This document shows positions 29,253 through 39,409 of a DNA stretch of 64,000 nt, one piece after another. A program made the translations under genes and the position numbers. The notes beneath the pieces were generated by a model. That model was not told the DNA's origin, did no database searches, and worked only from the letters and a program-made list of their open reading frames with translations. Position 1 is the first letter of the stretch. Every line of letters begins with the position of its first letter. Location: assembly GCF_003325475.1 (NCBI RefSeq), contig NZ_CP029495.1:2631353-2695352 (forward strand), given 5' to 3'. The stretch comes from Chromobacterium phragmitis. GTDB lineage: Bacteria; Pseudomonadota; Gammaproteobacteria; Burkholderiales; Chromobacteriaceae.

Positions 29253-30848
29253 TCAGACCCGGCCGGACTCTCGGATCGCCTGCCAGCTCAGGCCGAAGCG
29301 CGCCAGGTATTTGCGCAGCCGGTCGGCGTCGTTGGGGTTGGCCTTGTCCAGCCGCGACATGGCGAACAGGCGGCGGCCGGCGTCGGACAGCGAGTCCGCC
29401 TGGCGGCAGACGCGCAGCACGGCCTCCAGTTGCGCGCGGTCGAACAGGTCAAGCGCAGCTTGCCGCTCCGCGCTCAGCGGCGCGAGCGCGGCCGAGTCGC
29501 CGCCCTCATCTTGCCACTCGCGCCGCAGGCGCTGGATTTCCTCGTCCACCACCGCGTCGTCGATGCGGCCAGCGTCGGCCAGCGTGGCCATCCGCGTCAC
29601 CGATGCCGACAGCTCGCGGAAATTGCCCGGCCAGCGCGCCTGCGGCGACAGCGCGAAGTCCAGGTAGCCGCGGCGGGCCTCGGCGTTGAAACGCGCGTGG
29701 CGTCCCTGCTCGCCGGCGTGGCGCGCCAGTTCGAATTCCAGGTTGGGCTCGATGTCCTCGCGCCGTTCGGCCAGGGCGGGCAGTTCGAAATTCCACAGAT
29801 TGATGCGCGCGTACAAGTCCTCGCGGAACTTGCCATCGCGCACCCATTGCCGCAGGTCGCGCATGGTGCCGCACACCAGCTGGAAGTCGCTGGTCGCCTC
29901 GCGGTCGCCGCCGAAAGGAAAGAAGCGTTTTTCTTCGATCGCCTTCAGCAGCATCGCTTGCTCGTCCAGCCCCAGTTCGCCGATCTCGTCCAGGAACAGC
30001 AGGCCGTCGTCAGCGCCGCGCAGCAGGCCGGCCCGCTCGCTCAGCGCGCCGGTGAAGGCGCCTTTGACGTGGCCGAACAGCGCCGACATCGCGCTGTCGC
30101 CGCGCAAGGTGGCGCAGTTGACCTCGACGAAGCGGCCGGCCAGCTGATGGCGGGCCTTTTTCACCTCGTACAGACGTCGAGCCAGCTGGCTCTTGCCGGC
30201 GCCGGTGGGGCCGCGCAGCAGGATGGGGGCGGACGAGCGCGCGGCCACCCGCTCGATCTGCTCGATCATGCGGTTGAAGCGCGGGTTGCGGGTGGCGATG
30301 CCGGACTTGAGGAAGGCCACGGTGTCCTCGCTTTGCTGCGCGAAGCGGCTGGCGATGCGGTCGTAGCGGGCCAGGTCCAGATCGATCACGCTGACCAGCC
30401 CGGCGAAGTCGTTGTCCTGCCGGGTCGGCGAGCTTTGCAGCAGCCGCGCCGGGATGCGGCGCGATTCTGCCAGCAGGAACCAGCAAATCTGCGCGACGTG
30501 GGTGCCGGTGGTGATGTGCAGCAGGTAGTCCTCGTGGTCTGCGTCGAACGGGTAGCGGCCGGCGAAATCGTCCAGCGCCGAGTACATTTCGCCGAAATCC
30601 CACGGGTCTTCCAGGTTCAGCGCATGCAGCCTCACCTCGGTGCCGGGAGACGCTTCCGCGATGTCGCGCGCGGTCTGCTCCGCCAGTTTCCGGTGGTGGT
30701 TGTCGTGCAGCAGCTCCAGCCGCGCCAGCGGCAACTGCGGCTGGCGGCAGATGCCGACGCTGGGCCGCCATTTGCGCCAGCGCGCCGCGCCGTAGCCGCC
30801 GTTGTCCAGTACCGTGCCCAGAAACCCTATCGCCACCTTGCTGCGCAT
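29253..30848 (-). CDS. rtcR: Sigma-54-dependent transcriptional activator RtcR (CARF-domain N-terminus + AAA+ + HTH)
   Basis: 531 aa. N-terminus MRSKVAIGFLGTVLD… typical of the RtcR CARF domain; AAA+ Walker A GPTGAGKS; ESELFGH-equivalent (SALFGHVKGAFTG); C-terminal HTH. Divergent from a sigma-54 promoter. Confidence 0.88.
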   Translation of the reverse strand: MRSKVAIGFLGTVLDNGGYGAARWRKWRPSVGICRQPQLPLARLELLHDNHHRKLAEQTARDIAEASPGTEVRLHALNLEDPWDFGEMYSALDDFAGRYPFDADHEDYLLHITTGTHVAQICWFLLAESRRIPARLLQSSPTRQDNDFAGLVSVIDLDLARYDRIASRFAQQSEDTVAFLKSGIATRNPRFNRMIEQIERVAARSSAPILLRGPTGAGKSQLARRLYEVKKARHQLAGRFVEVNCATLRGDSAMSALFGHVKGAFTGALSERAGLLRGADDGLLFLDEIGELGLDEQAMLLKAIEEKRFFPFGGDREATSDFQLVCGTMRDLRQWVRDGKFREDLYARINLWNFELPALAERREDIEPNLEFELARHAGEQGRHARFNAEARRGYLDFALSPQARWPGNFRELSASVTRMATLADAGRIDDAVVDEEIQRLRREWQDEGGDSAALAPLSAERQAALDLFDRAQLEAVLRVCRQADSLSDAGRRLFAMSRLDKANPNDADRLRKYLARFGLSWQAIRESGRV

Positions 30849-30880
30849 TGCTTATCCATTTTTATATTCGACTAGATGAT

Positions 30881-30956
30881 TTTATCGAAAAATGAATGGG
30901 CAGGTAAGGCGGGAGAGGGCTGGACTCGGGTGGCGGAAAATAATTTATCGATATTT
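30881..30956 (+). promoter_or_regulatory. Putative upstream activator region for RtcR (two TTTATCGA-containing AT-rich boxes)
   Basis: TTTATCGAAAAAT at 30881-30893 and TTTATCGATATTT at 30944-30956, 55-115 bp upstream of the -24/-12 element. The intervening AT-rich DNA is compatible with a bending site. Assignment is inferential. Confidence 0.35.
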
Positions 30957-30997
30957 ATCAGTCTCTTGGTAATTATTTCAGGGTGTTTTCAGCCGGC

Positions 30998-31013
30998 TGG
31001 CACGGTTCTGGCA
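30998..31013 (+). promoter_or_regulatory. Sigma-54 (-24/-12) promoter TGGCAC-N5-TGGCA
   Basis: TGGCACggttcTGGCA matches the RpoN consensus (GG at -24, GC at -12). Oriented toward the SPFH-rtcB operon and divergent from rtcR. Confidence 0.75.
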
Positions 31014-31136
31014 AAGATAGCCTCGACCGAGCGGAAGCCATCATGGCCCACGGGAGGCGGTTGCCACCGCCCCGGTGCGCGGCGCCAGCCAAGCTGTCGC
31101 GGCCGCGCATGCCGCCAATGGCGGATGCCCGGTCTC

Positions 31137-31179
31137 GGCGATGAAGGGCTGAAAGCGGGTTCGATTCCCGCCATCGCCA
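31137..31179 (+). ncRNA. Candidate tRNA-like minihelix (acceptor-like stem + T-arm) in the rtcB operon leader; possible Y-RNA/YrlA-like module
   Basis: GGCGATG…GCGGGttcgattCCCGC CATCGCC A: a 7-bp acceptor-like stem closing a canonical T-arm (GGTTCGATTCC), no anticodon arm. Lies 125 nt downstream of the sigma-54 promoter and about 250 nt before the first CDS. Confidence 0.4.
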
Positions 31180-31190
31180 TCTTGGGTAAG

Positions 31191-31220
31191 GGCGCTTGCG
31201 CCTGCGGGTTCGAATCCCGC
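31191..31220 (+). ncRNA. Second T-arm-like element (GCGGGttcgaatCCCGC) preceded by a small GC hairpin, same leader
   Basis: GGCGCttgCGCC hairpin followed by a perfect T-arm consensus GGTTCGAATCC. Not part of any tRNA cloverleaf. Confidence 0.35.
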
Positions 31221-31429
31221 GTTTGACACTCTCGAGCAGCACCGAACCGGCGCGGCCCTGGCCGCCGCCGCAGGCCGCCGATGCCGGCCCCGTCCGGCGG
31301 GCAGCCGGCGGAGCCGACGCGCAGCGGAAATCACGCCGGCGCTTCGCCCCCGCCAGGCCCCTCGCCGGGCCGGACAGGCATCCGCGCTTGCGGCGCAACC
31401 GGTTCAACCATTGAAGAAAGAAAACGAAG

Positions 31430-32568
31430 ATGAAACTGTGGCGAACATTCCTGGTGAAGAAGAACGAACGCGGCCTGTTGCTGCGCGACGGCGATTTCGT
31501 GGCGATCCTGCAGCCGGGCGAATACCCATACTTCGATCCGCGCCAGCGTTACGCGGTGGAGCCGTGCCCGCTGCGCAAGGGCCGTTTCCAGCACGCGCTG
31601 GCCGATTATCTGCGCGAGCATGAGCCGGCGCTGCTGGACGAGCACTTCCATGTCGTCGAAATCGGCGACGAAGAAGTGGGCCTGCGCCTTGAGCAAGGCT
31701 CGCTGGCGGAGATCCTGCCGCCGGGCAGCCGCGGCCTGTATTGGAAAGACGCGGCGGCGCTGGAAGTGCGCAAAGCCGATTTGCGCCAGGGCTGCGAAGT
31801 GGCGGCCGAATGGCTGCCGCGCTTGACCCAGGGCAGCCTGCGCGGCAACCCGGTGGCCGGCTTGGCTGGCGTGCTGAACGTGCAGGTGCCGGCCTGGCAT
31901 TGCGGCGTGCTGCGGGTGGACGGCGACGCGCCGCGCCTGCTGCAGCCGGGACGCTACGGTTTCTGGCGCTTCAATCGCGAGCTGGAGGTGGATCTGGTCG
32001 ATACCCGCTTGCAGCCGCTGGAAGTGAGCGGGCAGGAAATCCTGACCCGCGACAAGGTAGGCCTGCGCATCAATCTGGCGGCCAACTGGCGCTACGCCGA
32101 CGTGGCGCTGGCCTTCGCCAAGCTGGCCAAGCCGGCCGACCATGTCTACCGCGAGCTGCAGTTCGGCCTGCGGGCGGCGGTGGGCGAGCGCACGCTGGAC
32201 CAGTTGCTGGAGGACAAAAAGCAATTGGACGAGGTGGTGCTGGCGCACATGCAGGACAAGCTGGCCGGATTCGGCGTGGAAGTGAGCAGCCTGGGCGTCA
32301 AGGACGTGGTGCTGCCGGGCGACATGAAGCAGTTGCTGGCGCAGGTGGTGGAGGCGGAGAAGGCGGCGCAGGCCAATGTGATCCGCCGCCGCGAGGAAAC
32401 CGGCGCCACCCGTTCCCTGCTGAACACGGCCAAGGTGATGGAAGACAACCCGACCGCCTTGCGCTTGAAGGAGCTGGAGACGCTGGAGCGCCTGGCGGAG
32501 CGCATAGACAAGATTTCCGTATTCGGCGGCTTGGACCAGCTGCTGAACGGATTGGTGAAGATCAAGGC

Positions 32569-32572
<4 letters not shown>
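31430..32572 (+). CDS. SPFH/band-7 (slipin-like) domain protein, first gene of the RtcR-controlled operon
   Basis: 380 aa. Central band-7 region (…VGLRINLAANWRYADVALAFAK… then a coiled-coil with EAEKAAQANVIRRREETGA…). ATGA overlap with the rtcB start. Confidence 0.7.
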
Positions 32573-33816
<1,244 letters not shown>

Positions 33817-33857
33817 AAAATAGATGGAGCCGGCCTGCGGGCCGGCGGAAGGACGAT

Positions 33858-34664
33858 ATGTACGCATTCAAATATGACCATCCGCTGGACGACGGCGTGC
33901 GCCGGCGGGTGATGGACGAGCTGGCCGCGCTGGAGCGCCGCCGCGATGTGCGGGTGCTGTACGCCTGCGAGTCGGGCAGCCGCGCCTGGGGCTTCGCCTC
34001 GCCGGACAGCGATTACGACGTGCGCTTTCTGTATGTGCATCGCCCCGAGTGGTATCTGCGGGTAGAGCGGCAGCGCGACGTGATCGAACAGCCTCTGGAC
34101 GACGAACTGGACGTCAGCGGCTGGGAGCTGCGCAAGGCGCTGCAATTGCTTAACCGTTCCAATCCGACGCTGTTCGAGTGGCTGCAATCGCCGCTGGTGT
34201 ACCGCGCCGACGAGGACGCGACGGCGGCGTTGCGCGAGCTGATGCCGGATTTCCACTCGCTGGCGCGCTGCCGCTGGCATTACCTGTCGATGGCGCGCAA
34301 GCACCATCAAGGCTACCTGCAAGGCGAAACCGTGCGGCTGAAGAAGTATTTGTACGTGTTGCGGCCGCTGCTGGCGGTGCGCTGGCTGGACGCCGGCCGT
34401 GGCTTGCCGCCCATGCGCTTCGCCGACCTGGCCGCGGCGACGGTGGACGACGCGCGATTGGCGGACGAGATCAATCATCTGCTGGCCGTCAAGATGGCCG
34501 CCGGCGAGGCGCGTCAGGGACCGCGACTGCCCAGGCTGGACGCTTTCATCGCCGCCATGCTGGCCGAGCCGGCGCCTCCGCTGCCCGGCGGCCATGGCGG
34601 CGACCCGAGGCGGCTGGACGCGCTGTTGCGCCGGTTGGCGCTGGGGGAGGCGCTGGCTGCCTGA
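33858..34664 (+). CDS. Pol-beta-superfamily nucleotidyltransferase domain protein, last gene of the rtcB operon
   Basis: 269 aa. N-terminal GS…DxD minimal nucleotidyltransferase signature (ESGSRAWGFASPDSDYDVRFLYV) followed by a helical domain. Confidence 0.65.
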   Translation: MYAFKYDHPLDDGVRRRVMDELAALERRRDVRVLYACESGSRAWGFASPDSDYDVRFLYVHRPEWYLRVERQRDVIEQPLDDELDVSGWELRKALQLLNRSNPTLFEWLQSPLVYRADEDATAALRELMPDFHSLARCRWHYLSMARKHHQGYLQGETVRLKKYLYVLRPLLAVRWLDAGRGLPPMRFADLAAATVDDARLADEINHLLAVKMAAGEARQGPRLPRLDAFIAAMLAEPAPPLPGGHGGDPRRLDALLRRLALGEALAA

Positions 34665-34768
34665 ACGGGCGGGAATGGCCATGACATGGCTGGCCGCTTC
34701 GATGATATATTAAATCCATTGTCATCAAGCGGACGGCGTGCCCGGCGCGCCTCCACCGGAGAGACGGC

Positions 34769-35152
34769 ATGGCGATGGATTGGGCGATGGCTGCCGGGCG
34801 CTGGCTGGGTTGGGCCTGGCTGGGCGTGCTGGCGGGATGCGGCGGCGGCAAGCCGCAGGCGGCCGACCTGCAAAGGGCGGAATCGATGCGGCCGGCCGAC
34901 GCGAGGCTGGCGGGAAAATACCAGCGTTCCTGCCTGATCTGCCATGGCAACCAGGCCAGCCAGGCGCCGCTGGCCGGCTTCGCGCCGGCCTGGAAGCCTA
35001 GGCTGGAGAAGGGCATGCCGCTGCTGCTGGCCCATGTCCGCGACGGGTTCAACGCGATGCCGGTGCGCGGCTACTGCAACGATTGCAGCGACGAGGAATT
35101 CGGCCGCCTGATCGCCTTCATGGCGGGAGACGGCGGGGAGGGCGCGCGATGA
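34769..35152 (+). CDS. Small c-type cytochrome (class I, lipoprotein-type signal)
   Basis: 127 aa. Signal/lipobox (LAGCGGG) and a single haem-binding CLICH motif with downstream Met ligand region. ATGA overlap with the next gene. Confidence 0.7.
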   Translation: MAMDWAMAAGRWLGWAWLGVLAGCGGGKPQAADLQRAESMRPADARLAGKYQRSCLICHGNQASQAPLAGFAPAWKPRLEKGMPLLLAHVRDGFNAMPVRGYCNDCSDEEFGRLIAFMAGDGGEGAR

Positions 35153-36540
35153 AGCCGAGGCTGAGCCGCCGCGCGATGCTGCAACTGGGCGGCGGCGCTT
35201 TGCTGGGCGCCTGGGCCGCGCAGTCTAGGGCGCCGCTGGCCGCCCCGCCTGCCGGCGGCTACCGCTGGCGCAACTGGAGCGGGCTGCAAAGCTGCGCCGC
35301 GCGGGAACTGGCGACGCCCGGCGACGAGGCCGAGCTGGCGAAGCTGCTGCATGAGGCGGCCCGGACCGGCGTGCCGCTGCGCTGCGTCGGCGCCGGGCAT
35401 TCTTTCAGCCCGTTGGTGCCCACAGCCGGCAAGCTGGTGTCGCTGGACCGGATGTCCGGGCTGTTGTCGCACGACGCGGCGGCAGGCGAGGCCACCCTGC
35501 TGGCCGGCACCCGCATCGGGCTGCTGGCGCGGCTGCTGGACGAAAAGGGGCTGGCGCTGCGCAACCAGCCGGACATCGACGCGCAATCCTACGCCGGCGC
35601 GATCAGCACCGCCACCCATGGCACCGGAGCGGGCTTGCCGGCGCTGCACGCCGACGCGCGCGCGCTGAGGCTGTTGACGCCGTCAGGCCTGGCGCTGGAT
35701 TGCGGCAAGGGGCGGGACGATGACCTCCTGCAGGCGGCGCGGGTGTCGCTGGGCAGCCTGGGCGTCATCGCGCGCGCCACCGTGGCCGCGTTGCCCGCCT
35801 ATCATCTGCAGCGCAAGCTGTGGCTGTTGCCGGCGCAGGACATGCTGGAGGCCGCGCCGGAGCTGGCGCGCCGCCACCGCCATTTCGAATTCTACTATCT
35901 GCCGTTCACCGGCTACGCGGCGGCCATCGTCCATGACATCCGTCCGCCGGGGCCGGCGTCGCGGCCGGCGTCCGCCGACGAGGACATGCTGCGCGAACTG
36001 CGCCGGCTGCGCGACTGGCTGGGCGGCATGCCCGCGCTTCGCCGCTGGACGGCGCGGCGCTTGATCGACCCGGACCTGAGCGAACTGGCGTTCGACAAAT
36101 CCTGGCGGCTGCTGTCCACCGTCCGCCCGACCCGCTTCAACGAGAGCGAGTGGCATGTGCCGCGCGAAGCCGGCATCGCCTGCGTGCGCGAGGTGATCGA
36201 CAAGCTGGAGCGGCGCAACGACGTATTCTTTCCGCTGGAATTCCGCTTCGTGAAGGCGGACGACGCCTGGCTCAGCCCCTTTTATCGGCGGGACAGCTGC
36301 TCCATCGCCATCCATGCCGCGGCGGGCGAGCCCCATGACTACCTGCTGACCGAGATCGCGCCGCTGTTCCGCCGTTACGAAGGCAGGCCGCATTGGGGCA
36401 AGCTGCATCCGTACGGCGCGGCGGATTTCGCCGCGCTCTACCCGCGCTGGAGCGACTTCCTCAAGCTGAGGCGGGAGCTGGATCCCAAGGGCGCGCTGCT
36501 CAACCATCACCTGCGCCGCGTGTTCGGCGTGCCGGCATGA
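35149..36540 (+). CDS. FAD-linked oxidoreductase of the L-gulonolactone/D-arabinono-1,4-lactone oxidase (GULO/ALO) family with Tat signal
   Basis: Twin-arginine-like signal (MKPRLSRRAMLQLGGGALLGAWAAQS), PCMH-type FAD-binding region (…VGAGHSFSPL… with covalent-FAD His) and C-terminal ALO domain (…HWGKLH…). About 463 aa. Confidence 0.75.
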   Translation: MKPRLSRRAMLQLGGGALLGAWAAQSRAPLAAPPAGGYRWRNWSGLQSCAARELATPGDEAELAKLLHEAARTGVPLRCVGAGHSFSPLVPTAGKLVSLDRMSGLLSHDAAAGEATLLAGTRIGLLARLLDEKGLALRNQPDIDAQSYAGAISTATHGTGAGLPALHADARALRLLTPSGLALDCGKGRDDDLLQAARVSLGSLGVIARATVAALPAYHLQRKLWLLPAQDMLEAAPELARRHRHFEFYYLPFTGYAAAIVHDIRPPGPASRPASADEDMLRELRRLRDWLGGMPALRRWTARRLIDPDLSELAFDKSWRLLSTVRPTRFNESEWHVPREAGIACVREVIDKLERRNDVFFPLEFRFVKADDAWLSPFYRRDSCSIAIHAAAGEPHDYLLTEIAPLFRRYEGRPHWGKLHPYGAADFAALYPRWSDFLKLRRELDPKGALLNHHLRRVFGVPA

Positions 36541-37817
36541 GCGGCCCGTCGCGCGGCCGCCGCCGCTTGCTGGCGGCCGGGGCGGTCGGCGCGGCGGCGC
36601 TCTGGATGGCGCGCCCGGCCAATCGCGGCGCGCCGCACGACGCCTACTTCCGCAGCATGCAGGCCGCGTTGCGGCAGGCCGGCATCGCCGCGCCGACGCT
36701 GGTGTTGGACCGCGAGCGGCTGCGCGCCAATATCCGCGCGGCGGCGGGGCATGTGAACGGCAAGATGGCGCTGCGGCTGGTGGTCAAGTCGCTGCCGTGC
36801 CCGGCTTTGCTGGAGGAGGCCGCCGCGTTGGCCGGCACCTCGCGGCAGATGCTGTTCAGCCTGCCGCAGCTGGAAGCGATGGCCAAGGGCGGCCGCGACA
36901 TCTTGCTGGGCAAGCCGCTGCCGGCCGCCGCCGCCCTGGCCTTTTACCGGCGCTTCTCCGACGCGGCGTTCCGGCTGGAACGGCAATTGCAGTGGCTGGC
37001 GGACACCCCGGAGCGGCTGGCGCAGTACCGCGAGCTGGCGCGCGGCCAGGATCTTCATCTGCGGGTCAATTTCGAGATCGACGTCGGTTTGCATCGCGGC
37101 GGCGTAGCCGATATCGCCACGCTGCGGCGGATGCTGGACATGGTGGCGGAGGAGCCGCGGCTGCGATGGGCCGGACTGATGGGCTACGACGCCCATGTCG
37201 CCAAGATTCCGGATGTCCCCGGCCTGCGGGAGCGGGCGCTGCGGCACGCGCGCGCAAGCTACGCCGGCTTCGCCGCCGCGGCGCGGGCGCATCCGGCGGG
37301 ACGGGCCGAAGCCGGGCCTTGCTTCAACGCCGCCGGTTCGCCGACCTATCGCTTTTACCATGGAGATGGTCCGGAAAACGAAGTCGCGGTGGGTTCGGCC
37401 ATGGTCAAGCCGTCTGACTTCGACCTGCCGGCGCTGGACGATCTATTGCCGGCCTGCTTCATCGCCACCCCGGTGCTGAAGGCGCTGCCGCGCTTCGAAC
37501 TGCCCTACGGCGCGGAGTGGCTGGGCGGCATGGTCCGCGGCTGGGACGCCAACGCGCGGCGCGCTTACTTCATTTACGGCGGCAACTGGCTGGCGGACCC
37601 GGCGTCGCCGCCGGGGCTGGACAGCAGCGGCCTCTACGGCCATTCGTCCAATCAGCAGCTGCTGGTGGGGTCCGGCAAGCAGGCGTTGGCGGTGGACGAC
37701 ATGGTGTTCTTCCGTCCGCGCCAAAGCGAGGCGGTGCTGCAGCAGTTCGGCGACATCGCCGTGTACGAGCATGGCCGCATCGTCGACAGCTGGCCGGCAT
37801 TGCCGGCGGCTGGCTGA
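36537..37817 (+). CDS. PLP-dependent enzyme with alanine-racemase-like N-terminal barrel (DSD1/D-threo-3-hydroxyaspartate dehydratase family)
   Basis: 426 aa. Ala-racemase-N-like fold with conserved Lys region (…LRLVVKSLPCPALL…) and C-terminal D-serine-dehydratase-like domain. ATGA overlap with the upstream oxidase. Confidence 0.6.
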   Translation: MSGPSRGRRRLLAAGAVGAAALWMARPANRGAPHDAYFRSMQAALRQAGIAAPTLVLDRERLRANIRAAAGHVNGKMALRLVVKSLPCPALLEEAAALAGTSRQMLFSLPQLEAMAKGGRDILLGKPLPAAAALAFYRRFSDAAFRLERQLQWLADTPERLAQYRELARGQDLHLRVNFEIDVGLHRGGVADIATLRRMLDMVAEEPRLRWAGLMGYDAHVAKIPDVPGLRERALRHARASYAGFAAAARAHPAGRAEAGPCFNAAGSPTYRFYHGDGPENEVAVGSAMVKPSDFDLPALDDLLPACFIATPVLKALPRFELPYGAEWLGGMVRGWDANARRAYFIYGGNWLADPASPPGLDSSGLYGHSSNQQLLVGSGKQALAVDDMVFFRPRQSEAVLQQFGDIAVYEHGRIVDSWPALPAAG

Positions 37818-37911
37818 ACGGCCAGCAGCCTGGAGGCGGCGGGGCGGCCTACCATGGCCGTGGCCCGGCGTGCCGCCGGACCGTTCATCCATCTTCATCC
37901 GAGGGGCATGC

Positions 37912-39339
37912 ATGAACCCATACGCCAATACCGCGCGCGGCGCGCAGCCGGACGACGCCGCGGCGATGCCGCAACTTCCCCAACGCTTCATCATGGCCTT
38001 CTGGCACAACTGGGCATCCGGCGGCGGCGACGGCTACCAGCGCGGCACGTCGGCCGACATTCCGCTGACCGACATCCCGGAAGACTACGCCGTGGTGGCG
38101 GTGGCCTTCATGAAGGGCGCCGGCATCCCCACCTTCCAGCCTTACAATCTGAGCGACGACGCCTTCCGCGCCCAGGTGGCGGAGCTGAACCGCCAGGGGC
38201 GCGCGGTGCTGATCTCGCTGGGCGGCGCCGATGCCCATATCGAGCTGCATGCCGGCCAGGAGGACGCCTTGGCCGGCGAGATCGTCCGGCTGGTGGAGCG
38301 TTACGGCTTCGACGGACTGGACATCGATCTGGAGCAAAGCGCGATCACCGCCGCCGACAACCAGACCGTGATCCCGGCGGCGCTGAAAATGGTGAAAGAC
38401 CATTACGCGGCGCAAGGCAGGCATTTCATCGTCAGCATGGCGCCGGAATTCCCCTATCTGAAACCGGACGGCCACTACGCTGCCTATATCGCCGCGCTGG
38501 AGGGCTATTACGATTTCATCGCGCCGCAGTACTACAACCAGGGCGGCGACGGCGTGTGGGTGGACGAGCTGAACATGTGGCTGTCGCAGGACAACGAGGA
38601 AAGAAAGGAAGACTTTCTTTATTACCTGACCGACAGCCTGATCCACGGCACGCGCGGCTATCTGCGCATTCCGGCCGACAAGCTGGCCATCGGCCTGCCG
38701 GCCAATGTCGACGCCGCCGCCACCGGCTTCGTGCGCGATCCGTCGGCGGTGTACAACGCCTTCCGCCGGCTGGAGGAGGCGGGCAACCCGATCCGCGGCC
38801 TGATGACCTGGTCGGCGAACTGGGATGCCGGCCGCGACGCCGCTGGACAAAGCTACGACTGGGGCTTCATCCGCGACTACGCCGGCCTGGCCGAGGGCGG
38901 CGACGGCGGCGAGAGGCCGCCCGCGCCGACGGCGCTGCGCGCGGGCGAGATCGGCGAGGACTTCGTCGCCCTGGCCTGGGACGCGCCGGTCGGCGGGGAT
39001 TTCCCCATCGTCCAGTACCGCGTCTATCGCGATGGCCAGCAAGTGGGCCTGACCACGGTGGACGCCTTTCGCGACGTTGGCCTGCGTCCCGGCAACGACT
39101 ACCTGTACCAAGTGACCGCGCTGGACGACGCCGGCCGCGAATCCGCGCCCAGCAACAGCGTGCGCGCGCGCACCGAGGGCGGCGGCGAGCCGGACTTCCC
39201 GGAGTGGCAGAACGGCATCCAGTATCAGGTGGGGGAAGGCGTCAGCTACTTGGGAAAGCGCTACCGCTGCCTGCAGGCGCACGTGTCCAACCCGGGCTGG
39301 ACGCCTGACGCGGCCATCACCCTGTGGCAGCTGGTCTAG
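37912..39339 (+). CDS. Family GH18 chitinase with Fn3 and C-terminal chitin-binding (CBM5/12-like) domains
   Basis: Catalytic DxxDxDxE (FDGLDIDLE), MxYD-like region (…APQYYNQGG…), Fn3-like middle, and C-terminal W/Y-rich motif (…YLGKRYRCLQAHVSNPGWTPDAAITLWQLV). Confidence 0.82.
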   Translation: MNPYANTARGAQPDDAAAMPQLPQRFIMAFWHNWASGGGDGYQRGTSADIPLTDIPEDYAVVAVAFMKGAGIPTFQPYNLSDDAFRAQVAELNRQGRAVLISLGGADAHIELHAGQEDALAGEIVRLVERYGFDGLDIDLEQSAITAADNQTVIPAALKMVKDHYAAQGRHFIVSMAPEFPYLKPDGHYAAYIAALEGYYDFIAPQYYNQGGDGVWVDELNMWLSQDNEERKEDFLYYLTDSLIHGTRGYLRIPADKLAIGLPANVDAAATGFVRDPSAVYNAFRRLEEAGNPIRGLMTWSANWDAGRDAAGQSYDWGFIRDYAGLAEGGDGGERPPAPTALRAGEIGEDFVALAWDAPVGGDFPIVQYRVYRDGQQVGLTTVDAFRDVGLRPGNDYLYQVTALDDAGRESAPSNSVRARTEGGGEPDFPEWQNGIQYQVGEGVSYLGKRYRCLQAHVSNPGWTPDAAITLWQLV

Positions 39340-39369
39340 CGCGGATCGTTTTCTCCCGATCCAGACAAG

Positions 39370-39399
39370 AAAAAACCGCCGCATCGCGCGGCGGTTTTT
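39370..39399. terminator. Bidirectional Rho-independent terminator between convergent chitinase and prfH
   Basis: A6-CCGCCGC-atcgc-GCGGCGG-T5. Confidence 0.75.
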
Positions 39400-39409
39400 C
39401 GTTGCGGAT

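Noticed and set aside
29430-30875. 481-aa + strand ORF
   Set aside because: Antisense to rtcR.
31137-31220. Calling the T-arm elements as tRNA genes or pseudo-tRNAs
   Set aside because: No D-arm/anticodon arm can be drawn. Only acceptor-like stem + T-arm are present, so they are reported as tRNA-like ncRNA candidates instead.
30973-31407. Minus-strand ORFs (144, 97, 63 aa) in the rtcB leader
   Set aside because: They read through the T-arm-like RNA motifs and GC hairpins (AGIEPAF-type peptides). The region is more plausibly a structured non-coding leader.
35683-36510. 275-aa minus-strand ORF and + ORFs at 35720-36064 and 35351-35668
   Set aside because: They overlap the FAD oxidoreductase gene in other frames and are Arg/Pro/Ala-rich.
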